A stretch of DNA of 64,000 nt from Octopus bimaculoides (GCF_001194135.2 NC_068993.1:16462942-16526941); one strand, 5' to 3'. Positions 48,935 to 61,779 are shown, numbered from the stretch's first letter. Notes: generated by a model not told the origin, from the letters alone. Program-made: numbers and translations.

Positions 48935-49591
48935 TGTATAAATAAATGGTAATTAGCAACGTGAGTGTGTGTGTGTAAAGAGTAAGTATAGCATACTATC
49001 TCTGAGGAAAATGAAATTCTTTGTTTGTGGTATGTGCATGTGTGTAATGAAAATGAAAAATTCTGTGTGTCTGTTGCATGTATATGTATCTTTGTGTGTG
49101 TGTGTGTGTGTATATATATNNNNNNNNNNATATATGTACACACACACACATGTGTGTGTAAAAATATACATATGTACTCGCACACACACGTGTGTGTGTG
49201 TATATAGCTCTTAATGCTAACATTTCTTCTGATATATGATAGATTAGATTAATAGACTAAAAGAGAAATGGAAAAGAGATAGGAGAGAGAGAGAAAGATG
49301 GTGGAACAAAGCATCTAAAACTGAGTTTGGGTAAAATAATTACCAAAAACTAGCAAAGACCAAAATCAAAATAAAGGCAGCAGACAACATAGAAAAGGTA
49401 GTTTTCTCACTCAACTTGTCTGTCTGACCACCACCACCACCACCTCTGTCACCACCACCATTAGTTCTCTTAGTCTAAGCACCATCGCCATCTACCAGAT
49501 TTCTCATTTTCTTAAGTCTGATTACCTCTACCTACCCCACTGTCACCACCCAGTTATGGTCTTTTAAACAGCTCTCCCTCTCATATGTCAG

Positions 49592-49630
49592 CATGTATGC
49601 GTTGTAAGAGACTAAAACAAACATTACAAG
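49592..49630 (+). CDS. Possible 39-nt exon (CMRCKRLKQTLQ)
   Basis: Acceptor ctctccctctcatatgtcag; donor AAG/gtaaga; phase 1-1 open. Confidence 0.15.
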
Positions 49631-49780
49631 GTAAGAAGAACATATTTATCGGTTTATGAATGGCTGTGTGTGTGTGTGTGTCTTTTATAAAGTTGTTTTG
49701 CATACAGAATTATCTATATATGACAAAACTAACAAATTTCTGTGTTAAATGCAGTTAAAAGATGAGTGGGGTTTTTTTAA

Positions 49781-50003
49781 CCCGTTAGCACTTAAACTGG
49801 CCATATCCAGCCCAGATATTCTACCTGTGTTACACTCAAACTATCAAGATTTGGCCTCTTACACCTTACCCTATAATGTTATTCTAAAAATATACAGTAT
49901 CATCATCAATGTCTCAAAGCTACAAAATAAATTGCTTGATTAATTCAAAACAATGTGAATAAATAAGCATTACATTTGACAGAGTAATCTGAATACTAAA
50001 GGG
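49781..50003. mobile_element. piggyBac-type MITE (P1)
   Basis: TTAA/cccgttagcact...aatactaaaggg/TTGA. Confidence 0.85.
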
Positions 50004-50944
50004 TTGAATGTGTAACAACATAGAAATAGAAAGATAACTGGATGAAAGGACTTGATACATGCATAGAGTTTACAAAATTAGTGCGTGTGTGTTTTAAGCT
50101 CTGCCTTAGTATGGCCACAATCCAATGTCTAAGCTAATAAAAGATTAAAAGTTCACACACACACACACACACATATATTCTTTCTAACACAATTACATGT
50201 AGATGATATATAAACTCACTTGTCTGCATGTGTGAATACACACACACATAAACACATACAAACATATATATATATATATATATCAGTACTCCAGCATGAC
50301 CATATCCATAATGTTAAAATAAACTAAGAACTGTAAGTTTACATCTCTAAACACTATCTAATACATATTCATGCAAATACACAGACACAAAACTGTTTTC
50401 AAACTCCTGTAATTTCTTCTGTTTCCTTCTTATGAAGCAAAACTGCACACATTATAAAGTAGTATTAAGTCTAAACACTTTGTTAAACATATAACTCAAG
50501 ATATCTTAATATATCTAATCACTTTTTCTTTTGCCACCTCATTCTTTACTTTTTCTTCAATGTCTTATGAACAATGGTCTGTGTTTTTACCTCTTTATAT
50601 ATATANNNNNNNNNNTTTTATCTTTGAATATCTCTCTATTACAACCATTCTGTCTATCTCACTGTTCCTGTCTGTTTACTTCTCTATCCCTCTCTTTTAT
50701 CCTTCTGTATCTCTATTACACTCTTGTACACTCTGTCACTCTATCTACCACTCTATCTCTCTACCACATACTATCTTTTTATCACTCCCCCACCCCCGGT
50801 TCTCACTGTCTTTGATTCTGTATCATACTTAGATTCTTACTCTCACTATCACTTCATTTCTGTATCTCTCTCTGACTCTGCCCTACCTGTCCACCTCTAT
50901 CTATCACTTTCTGCTTTCATCTGTTCACCTGTCTCCATATATGA

Positions 50945-51094
50945 CTGTGTGCTTAAGAAGTTCATTTTGCAACTACATAATACCTGATTCAGTTCTACTG
51001 TGCAGCACCTTGGGTAATAGTGTCTCATACAACCTTGGGCTGACCAATGCCTCGTGAGTGAATTTTGGTCGATAGAAACTGTGTGGAAGTCCAT

Positions 51095-51110
<16 letters not shown>
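50945..51110 (+). mobile_element. SINE family A, 5' half running into a gap
   Basis: caccttgggtaatagtgtc...gccaatgcctcgtgagtgaattttggtcgatagaaactg-like block. Confidence 0.72.
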
Positions 51111-51141
<31 letters not shown>

Positions 51142-52619
51142 NNNNNNNNNNNNNNNNNNNNNNNNNNNNNNNNNNNNNNNNNNNNNNNNNNNNNNNNNNN
51201 NNNNNNNNNNNNNNNNNNNNNNNNNNNNNNNNNNNNNNNNNNNNNNNNNNNNNNNNNNNNNNNNNNNNNNNNNNNNNNNNNNNNNNNNNNNNNNNNNNNN
51301 NNNNNNNNNNNNNNNNNNNNNNNNNNNNNNNNNNNNNNNNNNNNNNNNNNNNNNNNNNNNNNNNNNNNNNNNNNNNNNNNNNNNNNNNNNNNNNNNNNNN
51401 NNNNNNNNNNNNNNNNNNNNNNNNNNNNNNNNNNNNNNNNNNNNNNNNNNNNNNNNNNNNNNNNNNNNNNNNNNNNNNNNNNNNNNNNNNNNNNNNNNNN
51501 NNNNNNNNNNNNNNNNNNNNNNNNNNNNNNNNNNNNNNNNNNNNNNNNNNNNNNNNNNNNNNNNNNNNNNNNNNNNNNNNNNNNNNNNNNNNNNNNNNNN
51601 NNNNNNNNNNNNNNNNNNNNNNNNNNNNNNNNNNNNNNNNNNNNNNNNNNNNNNNNNNNNNNNNNNNNNNNNNNNNNNNNNNNNNNNNNNNNNNNNNNNN
51701 NNNNNNNNNNNNNNNNNNNNNNNNNNNNNNNNNNNNNNNNNNNNNNNNNNNNNNNNNNNNNNNNNNNNNNNNNNNNNNNNNNNNNNNNNNNNNNNNNNNN
51801 NNNNNNNNNNNNNNNNNNNNNNNNNNNNNNNNNNNNNNNNNNNNNNNNNNNNNNNNNNNNNNNNNNNNNNNNNNNNNNNNNNNNNNNNNNNNNNNNNNNN
51901 NNNNNNNNNNNNNNNNNNNNNNNNNNNNNNNNNNNNNNNNNNNNNNNNNNNNNNNNNNNNNNGAACTACCACTGAACTTCAAAAGCTCAAAGACAATATA
52001 ATGTATTGGTATATTTATTTTTTTATATATTATTTTTTTTATATATTATTTTCTTCATTTTGTACTTCTTTGTAAAAACATTTTCATTCTCCTCCTTCTT
52101 GATAATTTGCTTTCGCAATGAAAGCCAGTTAGAAATCTTTATTAAAATATGCTTCCAGTTTAGCATTCTGCCTTATTTTTCATTTTCCTATATATATATA
52201 TATATATATACACACAGACACACATATATATACACACACACACACACACACATATATATGTGTATATATACTTTATTGAACTGAAACTGAATGTTTATCT
52301 TGCAATTTGAGTTTCATGCTACTGCAGTCTCCAAGTGAGAATGGTTACAACATGGTTTTGGTAGAATGTTTATTGGGGTGGGTATGGTTTTAAGCTTGCA
52401 TTTGTTTATTGGTCTGTGTTTTGAGTTTGCAGATTGGCTTTCCTTTATTTTTCAGCTTCTTCTTCAGATTTTTTGAAGCAGGGGCATGTTTCTAATTATG
52501 TGTATGAACACACACACTTGTATATAAATATGATACCCTGCACTTTTTCTGTCTATAAAAAATCCACCCATGAAGAAATATTTGTTAACCTGAAGCTATG
52601 GTAGAAGATATTTGATTAA

Positions 52620-52841
52620 CTCTTTCATTACTGTATTTTTGTTGAGATGCTCTGTGTTTCTTTCAATTAATTTCAAATATGACGAATAATTTAGTAAAAT
52701 AACTTAATTATCATTAAGCTGGTGTTAAGAACATAAATTGTAACTAAGGTTTCGTGGAAAATTTTAATTCAGAAATTTTGAAAACAAGACATTTGTACTA
52801 CAGAGCCAGAGGTGGTTTCAGCTGGGCTGGTATCAAAAGGG
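52620..52841. mobile_element. piggyBac-type MITE, second family (P2), inserted in a SINE A
   Basis: TTAA/ctctttcattac...gtatcaaaaggg/TTAA; host SINE A reads through on both sides (52560-52619, 52842-52925). Confidence 0.78.
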
Positions 52842-53589
52842 TTAAGGTGCTCAGTAGAGGGATTTGAACATGGACATACATTGTTGTGAAGTAAACTTCT
52901 TAACTACACAGCCATACTTGCACCCATTCACAGATTGATATAAACATAAAGATATAGAAAGATACAAATGAACAGATAATACCTGAATAGATGGACAAAT
53001 GACTATGTATAGAGGTGGGTGGATGGATGGATAGACAGACAGACAGATGGTTAGATGCAAGGATGGAGAAGATGTGAATAGACACAGATATGGCTAGTTA
53101 GTTAGATTTATATGGAGATGGAATTGATAGGTGAGTATGTAAATTGATTGATTGATTGACTTACTTGTAGAAAGAGAATATTGTCATGATTAAATTAATT
53201 GAGTAATGAACTAACTTTTAAAGTTTAAATTAAACTTTCAAAGTGAGCAGGGGTGTACACATTCCTCTCACTGGAGCTACAGAGAAAGCTACTTGGTGGC
53301 TTTTGATAAAGAAGCAGGTTTGTGGCTTGTTGTTATGAGATGCAAGTCAGGACATGATCTCTCTTGACTGAGTTAACAGAGCAAAGAGGTCTGACAGAGT
53401 AAGATTCAAACCCCCTATGACACTAAGAACATCACTGCTTTTGTATTCAATAGTGCAAAATTCATCTCCCACTCCCCATGATCTCAAGAATGTTACTGAT
53501 GATGTATCCAAGACCATTTGAGAGATCTACCTTAAAACCCAAGTGTAAATCAATACAGAGTATTAATTGACTGAAATATGAGGTGAAGA

Positions 53590-54040
53590 CTATTTTAGCC
53601 ACAACTGAAATTTCTGGTGATTTGCTGTGCTTGAGAAGACACATCAAGCTAAGTGAAATCATGGTTGTAGCCAGTGCCAGTGCCAGTGACACTTAAAAGG
53701 CACCTGTGCCAGTGATGCATAAAAGACACCCGTGCTAGTGACACATAGGAAGCACTTGTGCCAGTGACATGTTAATGGCACTCATGCTTGTGACGTGAAG
53801 CGCACCTGTGCTAGGGACTATGCTGGTAACATATGAAAAGCACCTGTGTCAATGACATATAAAAGGCATATAGTATACTCAGTAAAGTGGTTGGCATTAG
53901 GAAGGGCATCCAGTTGTAGAAACCAAACCAGAACACACAACTGGAACCTGGTGCAGCTCTCTGGCTTACCAACTCCAGTCAAACTGTCTAACCCATGCCA
54001 GCATAGAAAATGGACATTAAATGATGATGATAGTGATTTT
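53590..54040 (+). mobile_element. RTE 3' end / family D with an internal 26-bp tandem array
   Basis: About six aaaaggcacctgtgccagtgacacat-like units at 53694-53870; gacattaaatgatgatg tail. Confidence 0.85.
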
Positions 54041-54059
54041 TAATACAATATTCATTATC

Positions 54060-54480
54060 GTTGTTTTTTTCTTTCTTAATGTCCACTTTTCCATGTTCAC
54101 ACAGGTTGGATGGAATTCATTAAGGTAAATTTTCTATGGTAGAATGTCCTTCTTATTGCCACCTCTCTTCTGCTTTCAAATATGGTAGACATTAGCTAGA
54201 CATGTTTTCATGGAAGATTGACTGAATTAGACACCACTTGTATGACAGTGATGCTCATGTACATCTATCACATGATGTCAAGACAAGGAGACAGTGATAC
54301 ACATATAATTATATATGATGGACTTCTTTCAGTTTCTGTCTATCAAATCCACTCACAAGGCTTCAGTCAACCCATGGCTATCATAGAAGGCATTCGCCCA
54401 AAGTGCTACATAGTGGAACAGAACCCCAAATCATGTGGTAAGGAAGCAAACTTCTTAACCTCACAGCTACATCTGCATCT
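54060..54480 (-). mobile_element. Family D variant followed by SINE A 5' half
   Basis: Same arrangement as 24165-24590. Confidence 0.7.
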
Positions 54481-56609
54481 GGGCTGATAAAATAGCACCA
54501 GATGGGTACTGAGGTATATTTGATTTTTTTTCTTTACCTGGAAGAAAGGATAGAGTTTAGGAACCTTGCAAGTCCGCCAAGACCGATGAAATTGATGTTG
54601 TTAATGTTCTGTTTAAACTGTTGCAGGTCAACACTGGCAAGAAAGATGAGCTGAGAAAAGATTTCAGTGGGATGATGTTGTGGGAAAGAAGGATTGGGAG
54701 TAATGATTAATGCAGGGAAAAAGGGGAGTTGGATACAACAAAGATAAGAGATGGAGAGATAAGTTGATCAGAAGAGCCTGAGACTTATGACACCTGAGAA
54801 TGACAGTGTCTTAACAAGTCTGTGAAAAGATTTTATTTCAGACAATTCCACTGTTTCATGTTTTTTAACGCTGTATATACCTTTAGTATGATACACTGAT
54901 GACAATTTTAATTAAATACGGTTTCAGTTGTATATGTTAAGTTTTCGCTACAAGCTGGCAAGCTTCCGCAATACCAGTGAATTCTTTTTATTTACTATTT
55001 CTTATACAGTGAGGCATGAATTTCATTTAAGCAGGTGACATCTGAGTACACAACATTGACAAGTCTCAAGAAAGGTCAAATGTTTCTGTCATTCTTGAGA
55101 GTCACTGCAGCAATGATTGTTTATCTTGCTCTGATATATATTGTTTTTTTAACCCAAGTCTATGAAAACATTTTATCTCAGACTTTTTCACAGCATCATG
55201 CCTGCTAATATTGTCCATACATTTAATATACTACACAAATGGCAATTCATCATTGTCTAATACATGGTAGATACAGCAGTTTGATGGAACCCATTGCTCT
55301 CCAAGTTTTATATATTTCAATGACACGACACTACCACTGCTTTCAGTGCTGAGCAGTTCCAGAGTTATCAGCTAAACAAGTCTGTCCAAACACCAACATA
55401 CATACTTTGTATCACATTCTAGTTAAACATTTTCTTCTACTTCATATTTCTCAGCTGAAAAATAAATATTTCTCTCAGTTTTATCTTTGAATAGCCAGAA
55501 TTAAGAATCTGTAAATACCAGTTCCAATAATAATTCAAGCAAATATCTGCATTTTTAGAACTATCTAACCTTTATTAGCTTGGAAAATCTAATGTAAACT
55601 TGGAGAAATCAATAATAATCATACTTGTTAACATCAGCCACTGTTTAACAGCTGGTCTGTTATATTTCATTATAGATTTGTTTGATATTGACCAGCCACA
55701 TATTCTTTTATTCGTTACTGTCTTTGGATAATGGGCATGCTGGGGCACCTTTAAGGCATTTGGTCAACTATATTGACACCAGTACTTTTTCTGGTATTTA
55801 TTTTGTCAATAGTTGTTTATTGGATGGTTAAGTTTTATCTTTTTCTGTAATGGGCAAAAACTCAATACTTAATATCATATGGTATTTTTGGTTATCACAG
55901 CAATTATGTACCAACACACCTCCTCCTCATCATCATCATCACTTTTAATGTCCACCTTCCCATGCTTGCATTGTTTGAATGAAATTTATTGAGGAAGATT
56001 TTCTATGGTTGGATGCACTTCCTGTCAACAATCCTTACAGGTTTCCAAATAAAGTTATATTTCCTCTTGACCAGACATTTTTTTACAGAACATTGGAAAT
56101 GAAAAGAGGTTGTGAAGGATATAAATATCTTTTATTTAATTGTGTTGCTGACTCATGCATGTTATCCTTATTAGTTGAGCCATTTCAAGCTAGGTTTAAG
56201 TTTTATGACTGATTTAAACAGTATTTACTATGAAGCTCTCTTCATAGGCAGAAGGGTAAGAGATATTTGTCATCTGAAGAGTGACTGATGTACCATGAAA
56301 AATCTGAGCAATCTCCTTAGTTTTTGTGTGTGAAGAGAACAACAACATGCTCATGTTTATAACACATGCTATGGGAATGGCATAGGTGTTATAAGCTATA
56401 GTCAAAGTACATAAAATTCAGAATTCTTGAAACATATATAATGTAGATAAATTTACAGCTATTTATTTGGAAGCCTTATCTTTGAGTTTCTTTCAGAATA
56501 ATTGTCCCCCATCAGAGATGTATTACTATTCTTTTGTTACCTACAGAACTTTGAACCTAAATCTCTACATATAGCAGGCTATAACATTAAGAGTTGTCCT
56601 CTCCTTCTC

Positions 56610-56960
56610 CTCCTCATCATCATTTAATGTCTGTTTTTCATGCTGGCATGAGTTGGATGGTTTGAACAGAGCTGGCGAACAGGAGAGTTGCTCTAGGTTC
56701 CAGTCTGATTTGGCTTGATTTCTATAGCTGGATTCCTTTCCTAACGCCAACCACTCTGAAAGCGTAATAGGTGCTTTTATATGTCACCAGCATGGGTGCC
56801 ATTTGTGTAACACCGGTATCTGCTATGACTGCAATTTTGCTTGGCTTGATGGGTCTTCTTCTCAAGCACAACATAATGCCAAAGGTCCCGGTCATTGCCT
56901 CTGTGAGGCCCAACACTCAAAAGGAACTCAGCCACTTTGCCTCTGTGAGGCCCAACTCTG
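56610..56960 (-). mobile_element. RTE 3' end / family D
   Basis: catcatcatttaatgtc...cctaacgccaaccactc...cttctcaagcacaacataatgcc. Confidence 0.88.
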
Positions 56961-59191
56961 CTAAGTAGTAAATTAAATAATATATATTCATATAGATTAT
57001 AATATAATTCAGAATACATGAAAGATATGTAATGTAGATAACCTTAGAATTATATAGTGGAAAATCTGGTGATTGAATTGAAGCGAAAATGACTTATTGT
57101 TCTCTTAACAAAAAAATTTCACTTCTCAGATTTTGGTTAATCTGAGGTGACAGTAAAGGACACCTTCCCAAGGTATCTTCAAATGGGATTGAATTAAGAA
57201 GTATGTGGTTCTGGAACTTCTTAAACAGACAACTTTATCTGTGCTTATATGTTTATCATTATGTATTATGATAAGGTTAAAAATAACCATTCCTCCACCT
57301 TCTTAAATATATTCAGTCAAATTCCTTTCTGTGCATTTCCAATGTATATTACAAGGGCATCAAAAGTATGTAATTTTAACATCAGTGGTCATATCAACAT
57401 GTGTTCCAAAACTAATGGAATTGTGCCTCAATCGCATATAATGTTATTGAAAGAGCTGTGTCCCTATTTGCTGGAATTACCCTGCTGTAAAGCATAAAGT
57501 CCCAAAGCCCAGCCAATATGACGTTGATACATTTAGATGCAAGCTGGATTTGAACCTAAAACATTAAGGGACATAAGCAAATCTTACAGTCTTTATCTTT
57601 CTATCAATCTTAAGCAGCTCACCATACTACTGCAACTGCTTCACACCACCATCAAATTATTCTTATAATATCAGTGATATTGATTTCTAACAATGGTACA
57701 AGGCCACCAATGAGGTGGGGGTGGGTTTATAGTTCAGCAGTACTCAGACTGATAGTGGTAAGAAACTTAGAAGAGAACTGAACAGCAGAAAGTCTTCAGA
57801 GAAGAAACCCCCCACCTCAAGCAAGTGTTTTGGCTCTTAACTTCTTAAACTCTAAGGGGGCTGCACTGCATCCAGTTCATGACTCCTGGGTGCCCTTCTA
57901 ACAATTTTGAGCCACTTGGATGTTGAAGACTTGTGCATTTAAACTGCTTTGAGATTTCATCTAGTTGCAACAAATGACATCCTCTCCAAAATATCAAAGT
58001 AACTTCTTGCCCCTCTCCTAACATTTATTAATAAGATGATGAAATAGAATATATGAGTCATATTTGTCCACTTTCTCTTCAACCCTCACTGTCCTAGCCC
58101 ACATCTATGACCATAACCATGATATAGTTGTATAGTTTGGTTAGCAGGGAGCTGCAGATTTGTTTAGGCTGTGTATTGTTTCCCCACATAAAACCAACCG
58201 TAATTTTCAGTTTTAATGAATCATATTTATTTCCATATTAACGTTATAAAGGTTTCTTGCTGAAGGCTATTATGCTGAATACCAGCAGCTAATGTGTGAT
58301 AGGAGACGATGTTGTATTCATGCTTGGCAAGAGGAGAAAATGTTACATGCATGCTTTGTGAAGTGGTCTGAGTTCAGGATCAACTTTACCTTTCATCCTT
58401 TGAGGGTCAGGAAAATAAAGTATCAGTGAAGCACCGGGGTCAATGTAATTGAATTACCCCTTCCCACACACCAGGTTGCTGGCCTTGTGCCTAAATCAGA
58501 AAGAATAATTTTCATCATTATTATTATCATTATTATTATTATTATTATTATTATTAAGAAGTACCAAACTGGCAGAATTGTTATGACGCCGGGTAAAATG
58601 CATAGCAACATTTTGTCCATCTCCACATTCAGCATTCAGATTCTGTTGAGGTTGACTTTTCCTTTAATCCTTTCTGGGTTGATAAAATAAATACCAGTTG
58701 AACACTGGAGGGTTGATGTAATTGACTTATAGCCTCTCCTAAAATTGCTGGCCTTGTGCCAAAATTTGAGAACTTTTTTTTTTTTTAAATTGGTGAGCTA
58801 GCAGAATCATTTACCACAGCGGGCAAAATGCTTAGTGGCATGTCTTTCAGCTTTATCTTCTGAGATCAAACTCTACTGATGTCAACTTAGTGTTTCATCC
58901 CTTCAGGTCAATTTATAAGTACCAATCAAGAACTGGAGTTGTTGTAATTGAGTAGCTCCACCCCAACTAAATTGCTGGCCTTGTGCTAAAATTTGAAACT
59001 ATTATTATTAAGGTGGTGAGCTGGCAGAATCATTACTGCATCAGAAAACTGCTTTGCAGCATTTCTCATAGCTTTATGTTCTGAGTTCAAATTCTACCAA
59101 GGTTGACTTTGCCAGTTCTATATTTAAGAGATGAGGAATTACATACATTATTTACATTTGACGGATATTTGTCCTCATCTTGTTTGTAGTT

Positions 59192-59237
59192 AACACAACG
59201 GCTTTGTTGATACACCCTCCAGCCTTCATCAGGTGTC
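59192..59237 (-). ncRNA. Minimal hammerhead motif, left arm (intact CUGAUGA, decayed GAAA)
   Basis: GACAC-CTGATGA-A-GGCTG...CAACA-AAGC-CGTT-GTGTT. Confidence 0.5.
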
Positions 59238-59284
59238 TTGGGGAAATTTCAAACCTGAGTTCTCATTCCTAAGGTATTTTTCAA

Positions 59285-59320
<36 letters not shown>

Positions 59321-59501
59321 CATTATTATTATTCAGGTCACTGGCTGGAATCGAACTCGGAATCTTGGGGTTAGTAGCCCACGCTTTTAACCACTACGCC
59401 ATATGCCCGTGGGCATTCTAGGCAGTGACCTGAATAATAATAATAATAATAACATTGAAAAATACCTTAGGAATGAGAAGCCAGGTTCGAAATTTCCCCA
59501 A

Positions 59502-59547
59502 GACACTTGATGAAGGCTGGAGGGTATATCAGCCGAAACATTGTGTT
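59502..59547 (+). ncRNA. Minimal hammerhead motif, right arm (C3U, intact stem II and GAAA)
   Basis: GACAC-TTGATGA-A-GGCTG[GAGGGTATAT]CAGCC-GAAA-CATT-GTGTT. Confidence 0.6.
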
Positions 59548-59717
59548 AACAACAAACAAGATGAGGACAAATATCCGTCAAATGTAAATAATGTTGACTT
59601 TGCCTTTCATCCTTTCAGAGTTGATAAATTAAGTACCAGTTGAGCACTGGAGTTGATGCCATCAACTAATCCTCTTCCATCCAAATTTCAGGCCTTGTGC
59701 CTATAGTAGAAAGGATT

Positions 59718-60084
59718 ATTACCTCCTCCTTAGCGAAGGCAGAGGTATTGTTTTCAGTCATGTTTGTTTGTTACTTTGGACAAGATATCTCAAGAACTGC
59801 TGGATGGATTCGGATGAAACTTTCAGGGATGTTTGGCCTCGTGACTGGCATGAACTGATTAGATTTTGGGATCGATCCAGTTCAAGACAAGGATTCTGGA
59901 TTACTTTTCCTGTCTTTTTTTACTTAATTTTTGAGAGCAGTCAGGTTCATTTTTAGTATTCTCGTTTGTGAGAGCAGTCAAGTTTATTTCAGATATTCTC
60001 ATTTAAAAAATCTTCTCTGGCTAATTGTTGAGTGGATGTTGGTGTTGCCTTGGTGGTGGTTTGCACTCTTTGAGTGCTCTTGTT
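59718..60084 (+). mobile_element. Helentron-type non-autonomous element (HINE/DINE-1-like)
   Basis: 5' hairpin acctcctcctt-agcg-aaggcagaggt, short gttt run, 3' subterminal repeat ccttggtggtggt, terminal hairpin gcactc-ttt-gagtgc, T-rich end. Confidence 0.75.
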
Positions 60085-60959
60085 ATTTTTACTATTATTA
60101 TTATGGCGGTAGTGATGAGCTGACAGTCGTTAGCATACTGAATGAAATACTTCGTGGTATTTTGCCTATCGCTACATTCTGAGTTCAAATTCTGCCAAGG
60201 TCGACTTTGCCTTTCTTCCTTTCAGGGTCAGTAAATTAAGTACCGGTGAGACACTGGGGTAGATGTAATCGATTAGCCCCCTCCCCCAAATTTCAGGCCT
60301 AGTGCCTTTAGTAGAAAGGATTATTATTATCATCACCATCATCATCATTCCAACTACTATTTTTGTGATCATAGTATTGCTTCTAATTGCTAAAAAAATT
60401 ATACAATACTCTGACCACTACTCTCATCACTATTGCTATGACAACTAACATTATTATTACCCACTACCATGTCAGCTATAACTATAATGCTATTTCTACT
60501 ACTACTACAGCTGAGTAGTTTCCTCCTCCACGCTCTTTACCAAATCCCTAAAACTTCAATTATTTATTGTTTTTAATCTCCTCCCAGTTGTTTTCTCTTA
60601 ATCCTGACTACTAATTAACAAAAAGAAAAGAAAAAAAAAAGTTATGTCTTAATTGGTTTCTAAACTCTGACCTGAACCCTGTCTAAAATACCTGCTTGAA
60701 TGTACTTTGATGGAATTAATCTCCATGTAGTTCCTATACACCTCATTGGTTATGCTGAATTTTTTTTATGTTAATAAAATTAATCTTTCCGCTTATGTGT
60801 GATTAGAATTAATTAATTTTTGCTTTTTTTTTCCCTCCTTTCTTCTCTGTAATGAAGCATTGATAAGTGGGAAAGGGTGGGACCACCCTTAATAAATTGT
60901 GTAGAGCAAACTAATCATATTACAACTGAAGTACAAGAGTCAAATGAAAGAATATGTAT

Positions 60960-60961
60960 GC

Positions 60962-61017
<56 letters not shown>

Positions 61018-61200
61018 NNNNNNNNNNNNNNNNNNNNNNNNNNNNNNNNNNNNNNNNNNNNNNNNNNNNNNNNNTACATATATATATATATATATATATA
61101 TAAATATGCATTATTGTATATATGTGTGTATAATTGTATATATATTTTGTATATGTGTATATGTATGATTGTGTGTGTGTGTATGTATATATATATATCT
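60960..61200. repeat. (TA)n/(TG)n microsatellite with gap
   Basis: Direct reading. Confidence 0.95.
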
Positions 61201-61779
61201 ACACACGCACAGAAATGTATGTGTAGATAAACTAAAGAGATACACAACTATATCAACATGTCAATGCTAATACCAAATTTAGTAAAATATTCAATATCTT
61301 CCAATAAGGACAACAAGCATGCATATATACATGCATACACTCATGCTTGTACACACTAGATAGTATATATGGCTTTAGTATTTTCTACACTAAATTCCAA
61401 AGTTAAACTCTCACACACAAACACACACAGTTGCCAGACACTTATAGTAATTTATTTTGTTACTGTTGTTGTTTGTCACCATAATTAATAGCAGTGATTA
61501 AAATTTAATAAAATTATTGCAGAGTGAAACTTCTCAGTTGATGGCTTAATCCTTTTGATATAAAAATCTGCCCAAGATCACCAATGGTTCCTGGATTAAA
61601 TCTAAAGAACGAAAAAAATTAACTCGTCTTTTAAGTTGCTCATATTTAAATTAAAAGTTTCCATTATAGTTTTTATCTAAAAACTTTCTGTAAGTTATAC
61701 ATAACAATTTAGGGGAAAGTTAGCTTTTTTACTGAATCCCTTCAAAGCATTCATTATTTCTAAAAATTTACTAACGTTT

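Larger units (their letters stand above)
59114..59592 (-). mobile_element. tRNA-headed element (family H3): full minus copy plus inverted truncated plus copy, 12-bp TSD
   Basis: Minus copy 59414-59114 has A box tggcgtagtgg and B box gagttcgattcc; plus copy 59415-59592; TSD gttgactttgcc at 59102-59113 and 59593-59604. Confidence 0.9.
58365..60325 (+). mobile_element. Cluster of five co-oriented SINE family B copies
   Basis: About 58365-58510, 58560-58775, 58790-59005, 59012-59720 (split) and 60105-60325, mostly joined through (TTA)n or T-rich tails. Confidence 0.88.

Noticed and set aside
52450-52470. Minus-strand CTGAAGA-AG-AAG-CT-GAAA
   Set aside because: Only a 2-bp stem II and no stem I, in low-complexity sequence.
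53694-53870. CRISPR-like appearance of the 26-bp repeats
   Set aside because: Units are adjacent with no unique spacers, lie inside a LINE 3' UTR, and the DNA is eukaryotic.
54890-54935. ATACA-CTGATGA...TGTAT hammerhead-like spacing
   Set aside because: No GAAA and no correctly placed UH.
57711-57835. tgaggtgggg / ccccacctca inverted pair
   Set aside because: Only 10 bp, G-rich, no internal support.
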